Shown one piece after another: positions 26,866 to 35,469 of a DNA stretch of 39,327 nucleotides. This stretch comes from Perkinsus chesapeaki ATCC PRA-425 (Eukaryota > Protista > Perkinsozoa), in NCBI GenBank assembly GCA_013115145.1, contig JAAPAO010000326.1:1-39327 (forward strand). The letters are read 5' to 3'. Both the position numbers and the translations under genes were made by a program. Numbering within the stretch: the first letter of the stretch is position 1; the number at the start of each line of letters is the position of its first letter. The notes beneath the pieces are model-generated. The model did not search any database, was not told where the DNA came from, and worked only from the letters and a program-made list of their open reading frames with translations.

Positions 26866-27203
26866 GAAAAAATATCTTTTCAAAAAGGTTGTTCAATAAA
26901 CGAAGTGAACCATCGAAGATATCAGAATTAAAAGCAATTGAAACGTTATTCGGGTTTTATTATGCATATGTCTATCGGAGGTTGAGGACATAATGAAAAG
27001 GTAACTCACTCTACCGCTCTCGTCAATAAGGGATAAACTTAAGAAGTAAGCCTAATACATCTTATTTGTAAAGGAATGCATCAAGCACTGCAATAAATAG
27101 GCGACAACCTTATCTATTTGTAAGCCAAATACCTCAAGTGTGTTCTAGTCGATCCCCTAAGATAAATAAATAATCACAAGAATCCTCTCATAAATCGATT
27201 AGA

Positions 27204-28199
27204 ATGGCTCGCGCTTTTTCCATTTGCTGTTCCCGCGCAGCCTCCGCTGTCACTGACTCTTATACACCTATTTTTAGTTTTTCGGAGCCATTTTGCGCTC
27301 CCAGAGAAGACATGACTGCTGGCCTCGTCACCTCATCACAATTGCTTATACCGTGCCTGTCTCGGCATTCCTCGGCGGCAACAACCGAAATTGATGATTC
27401 TCCCTACAGTGAGTGTGACACGCCCTCGACCGCGCTAGAGGCATTGGACTCTTGCTATAAGATCGGTACGGCGATCGCCTCGGGAGCCTATGGACGAGTA
27501 AATAGATCCACCAAAAGAGAAACGGGGTGTCCAGTAGCAATTAAAATGATCGAAAAGCCTGCCTATGACTCTTGGTCTGATGACTGCGTTGATGGCTCGG
27601 CTGGTCACGGGCCTGGCGAAGCTGAAGTCCTCGAGTTGATATCGAAACTGAAGGTTGATGGTGTTCCGAGGATACTTGACGTATTCGAGGATTCTGATGC
27701 GACCTTTATAGTGTCCGAACTGGGCGGGCTTGATCTCTATGAATGGCTTCAACGGACTGAAGAACGACAAGACGCTACTGTGGTAGATGTTATGACGAAA
27801 TTAATAGTCATTCTTGAGGCACTACACGGTTGGGGTATCGCCCACAATGACGTTAAGCTTGAAAATATCTTGCTTAACGATTCGGGGGAGGTCCACCTTG
27901 TCGATTTCGGAAGCTCCGTTGTGTGCCATTGTGACCATCACGAAGGTGTTCGTCGAAGAGTCCTCGAAGGTGATGATGGCTCTTGCTATTCGGGCAACTG
28001 CTCTGATGATTGCTTCATGAGGTTCTGCGATAGCGACTTCCAGAAGTGTTCGATTGTTATGTATCAGCTCTTCACCGGTTTACCGATTCCCTCCGAGGAG
28101 GCTCGTGTTAACAGGGTGCCCGAGAAAAAGGCTGCGCTAAGGCGGGTCTCCAAGGGCGAGATTTTAACGGCTGATGAGGTTCGTGGGCTTTTTGAGTAG
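27204..28199 (+). CDS. intronless Ser/Thr protein kinase (CAMK/Pim-like N-lobe) with atypical activation segment
   Basis: 331-aa ORF: Gly-loop ASGAYGRV, VAIK, alphaC Glu (EAEVL), catalytic loop HNDVKLENILL, DFG, alphaF-like IVMYQLFTG. No recognisable APE motif. Confidence 0.85.
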   Translation: MARAFSICCSRAASAVTDSYTPIFSFSEPFCAPREDMTAGLVTSSQLLIPCLSRHSSAATTEIDDSPYSECDTPSTALEALDSCYKIGTAIASGAYGRVNRSTKRETGCPVAIKMIEKPAYDSWSDDCVDGSAGHGPGEAEVLELISKLKVDGVPRILDVFEDSDATFIVSELGGLDLYEWLQRTEERQDATVVDVMTKLIVILEALHGWGIAHNDVKLENILLNDSGEVHLVDFGSSVVCHCDHHEGVRRRVLEGDDGSCYSGNCSDDCFMRFCDSDFQKCSIVMYQLFTGLPIPSEEARVNRVPEKKAALRRVSKGEILTADEVRGLFE

Positions 28200-28422
28200 T
28201 AATATTTACGTTACTGATCTCCATTCTATCCAGGGCCTTTTCGAAGGTCCTCATTTTGGTAGTGTTAGTCGAAGCTGTTGTAGACTTCATCTCGCATTGC
28301 CTTTATTTTCTGTCTGCTCTGATCGTACTATTCATATCTCTGATTATCGTCGAATACTAATAAGTCCACTACTATTCACCTTTTTCTGCAATATTAGATG
28401 GATTTAGTTGCAATAGGGTAGA

Positions 28423-28697
28423 AAGATACTCAGAGGTTAAATTGTACAAGATACTTTGAGGTTAAAATGTACAAGATACTTTGAGGTTAAATCGTGGAAG
28501 ATACTTCAAGGTTAAGTTGTACAAGATACTTTGAGGTTAAATTGTGGAAGATACTTTAAGGATAAATTGTAGAAGATACTTTGAGGATAAATTGTAGAAG
28601 ATACTTCGAGGTTAAATTGTAGAAGATACTTCGAGGTTAAATTGTAGAAAATACTTCGAGGTTAAATTGTGGAAGATACTTCGAGGTTATATTGTAG
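28423..28697. repeat. tandem array, 11 copies of a 25-bp unit (consensus AAGATACTTYGAGGTTAAATTGTAG), with degenerate copies to ~28750
   Basis: Counted by eye; units start at 28423, 28448, 28473 ... 28673 at exact 25-bp spacing. Confidence 0.95.
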
Positions 28698-28870
28698 AAA
28701 GATATTATTAAGGCTGGATTCTAGCAAGACACTTTAAGGTTAAATTCATATCCTATCATTCCTCTTCGGGTTTAGCGTAAGTTTCGGTGTGGAAAAAGGA
28801 ACGCGCTTCGGATTGAAACGACGGCAATGAGGAGATGGGCACATAAGAAAGTGGTCACGACGTCACCGAT

Positions 28871-29052
28871 AAGATACTAAATAGGTTAACTTGTCTAAGA
28901 TACTAAATAGGTTAACTTGTCTAAGATACTAAATAGGTTAACTTGTCTAAGATACTAAATAGATTAGCGTGTTTAAAATACTAAAGAGGTTAACGTGTTC
29001 AAGATACTAAATAGATTAGCGTGTTTAAAATACTAAAGAGGTTAACTTGCCT
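28871..29052. repeat. tandem array, 7 copies of a 26-bp unit (AAGATACTAAATAGGTTAACTTGTCT) plus a partial copy
   Basis: Units start at 28871, 28897, 28923, 28949, 28975, 29001 and 29027; the first three are identical. Confidence 0.95.
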
Positions 29053-29084
29053 ATGATACAGAATAGGTCAGTTTCTCTTCGTTC

Positions 29085-30200
29085 ATGAGTACGTCCGAAG
29101 TCCTATCCATTCCGTCCTCATCAAGTGACAGTGACTCTTCATCATCGCAGCCCTCCACCTCTCGAATGGACATTCGGTATCGGAGTCATGTACTAAGTCA
29201 GAGGGACGCGGAGCTCCTCGGCCCCGGCGAGCTGCTCAACGACAACCTCATCGGCTTCTTCCTGGACATCTTCACGAGTGTCCTTGGTCAGGACTCCGTC
29301 TATGCATTTTCAACATTTTTCTTTACGCAGCTGGCTCAGAAGGAGCTCGCTAATGGCTGGGAAAGAGTAAAAAATTGGACCAAAAATGTTGATATATTCG
29401 CTCACGATTTGCTGATCTTTCCGATCAACGAGGCGAACCAGCACTGGTGGCTGATAGCGGTGATACGACCGAGATCGCTCATTCGACAAGTGATAGGCTA
29501 TCCACAAACTGAATCACCACCCGGGAAGCTGCTGATCTTGGATTCTCGCGATTGTGAGCTTCCAGAGGAGAAGAAAGTTCTATCGTTCCTTCACCAGAAG
29601 GCTGCAATCACTGTAGTGTGGTATCTCGGTAAAGTGTATTTGGAGACGTTCGGTATGCCGGAGGAGTCTCGCTTGAACAAAAAAAGCATAAACGCATCCT
29701 TGAAGCACATAGCGCTCTTTCCCGGGGAGCATCATCCCAAGCAGGATAACGAATATGACTGTGGAGTATTTCTGTTGGAGTTTGCAAAACGACTATGTGC
29801 CGGGCGGGAGAATCTAGTGAGGCGGAAAGAAATCACGGAAATGTTTTTGGCTGAAGATAACGGTGTATTGGCGTTTGGGCAGCGGACGGTATCGAGGAGA
29901 CGGAAGGCTCTGAGGAAGTTGTGCAGCAGCAGGTGGATGGCTCGAGGAGGGGACGTGGAGAAGGATCTGTCGTCGGCGATTGGTCGAAGGATATTTTTGG
30001 AGTCACTTGGAAAGCCCGTGGAGAAGCCTCAGGGAGGGTTTACGGAGGGGCTTCTGGCGGAGAAACGACGGAGGGAAAATAATGAGAAAAAAAGAGAAGT
30101 AGGAAAATACTTGGCGAAAAATTTGGCGAGCTTATCCGAACGGAAACGGATAAAGGAAGGAGCGGTATCGAAGAATAAGATGGCACGGGTGCGCAAATGA
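29085..30200 (+). CDS. Ulp1/SENP family (peptidase C48) SUMO/Ubl-specific protease, intronless
   Basis: 371-aa ORF with LNDNLIGFFL, FSTFFFTQL, RVKNWTKNVDIF, FPINEANQHWWLI (His), ILDS (Asp) and PKQDNEYDCGVFLL (Gln/Cys), then a basic C-terminal tail. Confidence 0.92.
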   Translation: MSTSEVLSIPSSSSDSDSSSSQPSTSRMDIRYRSHVLSQRDAELLGPGELLNDNLIGFFLDIFTSVLGQDSVYAFSTFFFTQLAQKELANGWERVKNWTKNVDIFAHDLLIFPINEANQHWWLIAVIRPRSLIRQVIGYPQTESPPGKLLILDSRDCELPEEKKVLSFLHQKAAITVVWYLGKVYLETFGMPEESRLNKKSINASLKHIALFPGEHHPKQDNEYDCGVFLLEFAKRLCAGRENLVRRKEITEMFLAEDNGVLAFGQRTVSRRRKALRKLCSSRWMARGGDVEKDLSSAIGRRIFLESLGKPVEKPQGGFTEGLLAEKRRRENNEKKREVGKYLAKNLASLSERKRIKEGAVSKNKMARVRK

Positions 30201-30906
30201 GCATGGATTCGAAGACTAATCAGCTTGGGAAGGCCACGGTGGAGAGATAGTGAGCTTACGTATTCATAGCTTTTGTTGCGTTTAATGGGTCTAGAGGCAT
30301 GTGTATTTGGACGTAGCTACCCTACTCCGAAGTTCCACCACTATTAAAGCTCATCTTGGATGAGATGGCCAATGATCATCAGATTCCCTCTGGCGGAGGT
30401 GATGAATAATCCGCTGCCTCTTTTGAGATACACCATTTGAAGATGTAATTTGCATTGGGGGAAAGATGCATGGAATCTCGCAATTTATTTGAAGTTAATA
30501 TGTGACCAGCTCCAGTGGTGGGGGGCAAGTTCTCCTCGACATTGCTGGTTCAAGTGATGACGACAGGGGCTTATCTTATTCCCACAGCAGCTGGGAATCG
30601 CTATACTATTTATCATTGCAGTTTTTGGCACGTCCATGTCTGCCTCGTCTGTCGTCAGCCAACCTTACCACGTTAAGAGGCGGTATGCAGCTACACTTGG
30701 ACCGGGGAGATGCCTTTTGTAATAGGGAATGGGTAGCGTTCAATCATCAAGTTCTTTTTCATGGCCCAACTATGCGTGTCAACATTGCTTTGAATTATAC
30801 GCTTGTGTATCATATTGTACGCATACCGCTCATTTTATTATACTCTCTCGAGGATTCAACAAGGCAATTTTCACAGAATTATTTTTAGCCACTTCGTGTA
30901 TATAGA

Positions 30907-31428
30907 CCTCATCGGGTGATGCTGCAGATGTATCTGCAAGCCTCGCCGGTCCTGTCAGTACCTCCATTAGCGCTGGAAAATGCCAAACTTTTTCGGGAAA
31001 AACATTTTTTCAGCTATGAAGACGCAGATGCCCTGCGAGTTCAGGGAGCATTCAACAAGCAAGGAAGGGAAATGGCTGAGGGAATGAGACTGTAATAAAC
31101 GAGCGTCACTGCGCAACGAAATTACTTCTCGCTCAGGTCTGTGCCGCGGGCACAACCGATGTTGAATTACATGCCGGTGGGGGAATGTCGAGAAGATGAG
31201 GGGATTGTAAGTATGAAGGAGAGGAAACAAACAGAGGACAGTAAGTTAACCTATCTTTTATCTTACCTGCTTAACGTAAAGATACCTTTAGATAACCAAA
31301 TGTCCGCGAAGGTGTCCTCAGAGGAGATCAGTGCCAGGGAGATGGAATTGCGCAAAATGTCGGAGAGGCCGTCGCCGTGGTCGCTGGTTGATAAGGAGCA
31401 ACACAGGAATCCTGTTTTGAGGTCATAA
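30907..31428 (+). CDS. hypothetical spliced protein; upstream exons possible from ~30363
   Basis: Open frame PHRVMLQMYLQASPVLSVPPLALENAKLFREKHFFSYEDADALRVQGAFNKQGREMAEGMR continues in frame across a GT-AG intron (~31092-31136) into LSVPRAQPMLNYMPVGEC. Confidence 0.33.
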
Positions 31429-32886
31429 TGGCAAAATTTTCGGAAAATATTTTTCGACGAAATTTTTGCTGAAAGATGTCTGCGGAGCCTGAGGCTTTCC
31501 CTTATCTGGAACGGATGCAGGGGAAGTCAAAGTTCAGGAAAGGTGTATTTTTATCGGGAAACTTTTAGGTAGGATATCCTCCCTTGGAAATCGAGGAGAT
31601 TTAAGTTCAGATAAGTTAAGATTCATTTTATTATATTAAACACTCTGATGGGCAATGAATTTGATGGAAATAGGTTGAACATCGGCAGGGGGAGGGGCGG
31701 GCTCGCAGGGTTGGAAATACGGCATGCGCGTTATTAAAGTTTGTTAGGCTTCATGAGGAAATATGGACATTCGCCGAGCACCAGCTGCTCACCTCGAAAG
31801 CCACTAGAGTTGAGTCTGGAAAAATGGCAAAGAGAATCGCGGATGAGGTTAAAAGATGCTATCGTGTGCATGCGTGCATACCGCTCTCAGGTGGAATCAT
31901 GTCTGAGGTCAGATCAGCCGTCGACTACATCGGCAAAGAAATGGTCGTCGGTTCGACCGTGTGGACTTTACAGTCTGGGTAGCTCGGAAGGGTGACAGGC
32001 ATTCGTCTAGCTTCAGGGAAATATGTTACTAATGCGGAGACGGAAATTCATTTAGAAAATTTTCCGGGCAAAAGGCGAAATGAGGCTGCATTATATCCTT
32101 TCTGGGATGGTTATTAATTCTTCTCTGCAGTATTCCCGACAGAGGGGGCACGGCTCTGATTGGGAGTTTATGGATTCAAAATTTTCGATCCACTTCCGTT
32201 GTATTTGACGTACTAGATGTCCCGCTTGTCCCAGCTTGCGTGGCGGAGGCTGGAAAAATGCGCTCACTGTGGCTTGTGATTGCAGTAGGAATCTTCAGTG
32301 CGAAAAGATATCTTTCAGGTGTTGGAAATCTGAATGAGAGAGACAATTATTGCATCGAACTCTACGTGGAAAATATTCCGAAAATTTACACCAAAAGTGG
32401 ACGGGCTGTGGTGAGGGCGGGCTCCTCCTCCGCAGCAACGACAGGGTAAGCCTATTTTTGGGGCGCGCGAGAAATCCTCCCTGCTCGTAAGGTTATGAAA
32501 ACATTACGAAGTAATAGAGAAAGTGACATTTCTCGATTTCTGTCGATGCTTCTAGGGAACATGAAGCTTGAGTGTCACTGCGGAAGTTCACAAACGATTC
32601 TGGGTGGAGGCACGGTCGAATGGCGGAAAGTCACTATGGGGAGGATTAGTTCATCGGCTGATCACCAACATGAATTTGATATATTGTGAACCATTTCTCC
32701 GATCTGTCCGTTTCCCGTGGTACGATGTTATTTTTCCGTTCAATGCCGACGCTAAGACGATCAGAGTGATGTGAGTGAAGGGCATGAAAAATGTTCCTCA
32801 TTTTCCTCAGGAGTGGAGGAGATAGGGCGGCAGAGGGTCTGATGTCATGCGCGGCCCGACTGGTGTCACATCTCAGCGAAGTTGGC

Positions 32887-33150
32887 TTACTGCTCGACAG
32901 CAATGAGGAAAAGAATAAAGTCACTGTGGGTAGGGAAATCTTGAAATCTTGTTAAATCTTGCATTTCCTTAACAGTTAAGTGTGGATCCATTTTGACTAC
33001 GGGAATTCTATCGCCGGTTATATTTTTCACGACCACCGCGCCTGGTGGGCTGAAGTGCGCCATTTGGTTGAACGCAGATGAGGCTGATGGAGTCACTCGA
33101 GTGACGAAGAAAAATATATCGGAATATCCAGCGTTGTTGCCATTGTAAGT
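32887..33150 (-). CDS. exon encoding a possible ubiquitin-like (beta-grasp) domain; gene structure unresolved
   Basis: VVVKNITGDRIPVVKMDPHLTVKEMQD resembles ubiquitin beta1-beta2-alpha1 ([26 protein letters not shown]). No C-terminal diGly found. Confidence 0.4.
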   Translation of the reverse strand, partial: TYNGNNAGYSDIFFFVTRVTPSASSAFNQMAHFSPPGAVVVKNITGDRIPVVKMDPHLTVKEMQDLTRFQDFPTHSDFILFLIAVEQ

Positions 33151-34534
33151 TTGGGAACTGGAAAAAAGTCCACATTTGAAAACAAGTCTTCCTGGGTGCT
33201 GAGAGTTATCGAAATTATCGTCAGAAATACTCCAGTGCTGCGGGATTCGAGAATCGGTCGGTCAGGAAACTTCTCGGGACAAATGTAATCTGAAAAATTA
33301 AAGGTTTGGTTGTTTCACGCGTCAATGGTTCTGAGTGGAAGGAGGATATCCAATTCATGTGATAAACAATTCCCCATTGCTTCCTGGTCGACAGTCAAGA
33401 GGTATTTGACAAAATTATTTTCTTTCATTTTTTTCACCGACTGGAATTTCCCTTGAGTTTTGACACTGGCGGTTTTCGTCTTAGTTTTACTGACATCGTT
33501 GTAGATAGTAATATATATATCGTATATTATAATTATTATTTTTCTATATTTCTTATTAGATCCGCGAGGATCTAATTCAGTTAGCACCGAGCTGCATGTT
33601 TAAAGTGCTTCCGAACTCTGCAAATCTTCTCTTCACTTTATTCCACTCAGGTTTGCGTTTACCTCCTCATATCTCACTCAAGCAGGATTGCTATCACACG
33701 ATGGTCGAGCACAATGCTTGGATAAGTAAGCTTCATTATCTCCTAACTCAAGCGCAGCACCATTAAATCTCTTCCTCTCAGTTATGCCCTAATTTCCCTC
33801 ATCAACACGTTCCTGCGCGACCAGGAGAGATCGGCCTCGCAGGAACTCACTAAATCTACGGCGGCGTTTGGCGACAATAGTAAACCCGCGTTCACCAGTA
33901 TGAGTTTGGGCCACTTGCTTTGGGAGTTTGCGAAGTAAGTTGAACGTTTCAAGAGGGGTAAAAAAGTCCGGTCAGGTCGTATAGTAGAGATATTGATGAA
34001 AACGCCGATGATGGTGCAGATGACGGTAAGCTAGAAATGTTGGTTGTGGGCATCGAACCTGTGCCCGTTCAGGGAATATGAGAAGGTCGAGCAAACGACA
34101 GTGGCTCCTGCCGTGGTTGGAGAATCTTATTGATCTTACCGAGCAGCTGTCCAATTTCAAGGAAACTAAGGCAGCGTTTGAGTATATGTATGCTACATTA
34201 AAGTGAGTTCATTGGAACGCGTATCTTTCGCACTGTGAAGATTTTCAATTTCGAAGACGACGTATCTTTGCGCACTATAAAGATTCATCGGCTCCATGAG
34301 GGGGCGTACTTTGGGATTTTCTCTTATCAGGCATCTGTTCAAGTCGCCAGAAGTGAGGAAAAACCGTAGTTCCAGCTTGCTAGTTCCGTACTTGCTTGAG
34401 CCTCCACACGACAAGAGTTTGGTGGTAAGGAGTAGCCCCGCATGGAAGGAATACGGTGAAGGCAGAGCACTTGGGGGGAGAGGTAGGCTGTCATTCCAAA
34501 GGCTCACGTTCAAATCCTGGCGGGGGTATTTTAG

Positions 34535-35139
34535 GTCTTACTGATTATTATCGCGAAGAAAGTCGTCGGCGATTCTCGGAGGTTCGGAAAATTCGGGCTG
34601 GATTGAACGAATCTATTAAGTTGTTGATGGCTCATCCCAGCATGGCTACATGGTGGTTGCCGACTAGGAAGACTGAAGTGAGTTGTCACTGCGCCACGAA
34701 ATTAAAGAGGTTGCTTTAGAGCCGGAAACGGGTGAGAGAGGAGTCGAGGGGACCGCCGAGCAAGAAGGCTAATGGTGGCAAAAAGTGAGAATGACGCGCG
34801 CGAGGGTTTCACTTTGAAGGGGAGAATTGCGTTGGCTGGGATTTGAACTGGCGGCCTTTGGATTGCGCACTTATGGTTTGGCAGTATAACAGGTATACTA
34901 ATTCGATCTAAAATATTATGACTTACAACAACAACAATACCGGCAATAACGGCACCGAAGAGGAGCAGACAGATGTGTCGGTGTTGATGATGAGACCGAG
35001 CATGGCTACTTGGTGGTTCCCTAAAATACATCAAGTCCAGACGCCACCACCCCCACCAGTACAACAACCACCACAGAAAGATATTACTGAACAGATGGAT
35101 GCAGTTCTTATGGAGGTTGATGAAATGCAAGTAAGATAA
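34535..35139 (+). CDS. one or two small hypothetical proteins sharing an LMxxPSMATWWxP motif
   Basis: ORFs 34456-34719 and 34918-35139 each contain the motif and each reaches a GT donor. Confidence 0.33.
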
Positions 35140-35469
35140 GCCACCTCTTCCTCCTCCTTATTGCTTTGCTATGTTACTCTTTTAGTCCCGTAAACGAAGT
35201 CGTCCATTAGAATCGTCTCCACCGTTCCTAAACGGTGGAGGTTATCCCTGCTGTCAGCCCGTCCCTAAGCGCGGTCACTTCCTAGCCTAGAGCGGGAACC
35301 CACCGCCACCATGGTAAACGTTGATAATTCCTTAATAGTAGAAGTAGCAAGGCCACGTGCCTTTTACGGGTGCACAGATAGTTATCATAATAATAAATAT
35401 GTAGAGTTGCTAGTGCTGGGAATAGAACCAGGGTCGTTAGCATGAAAGTGGTGCAGCTAGATTGTTTCG

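Noticed and set aside
28423-29052. CRISPR array
   Set aside because: Units are head-to-tail with no unique spacers, there are no cas genes, and the context is eukaryotic.
24083-34405. Spliced-leader (ACCGTAGCCATCTTGGCTCAAG-type) relics
   Set aside because: Only 8-9 nt partial matches (near 24085 and 34396), as expected by chance in 39 kb.
35304-35445. Perfect vertebrate Kozak GCCACCATGG with a 45-codon ORF upstream of PIG-L
   Set aside because: The vertebrate Kozak context has no established meaning here and the ORF has no features; one such match is plausible by chance.
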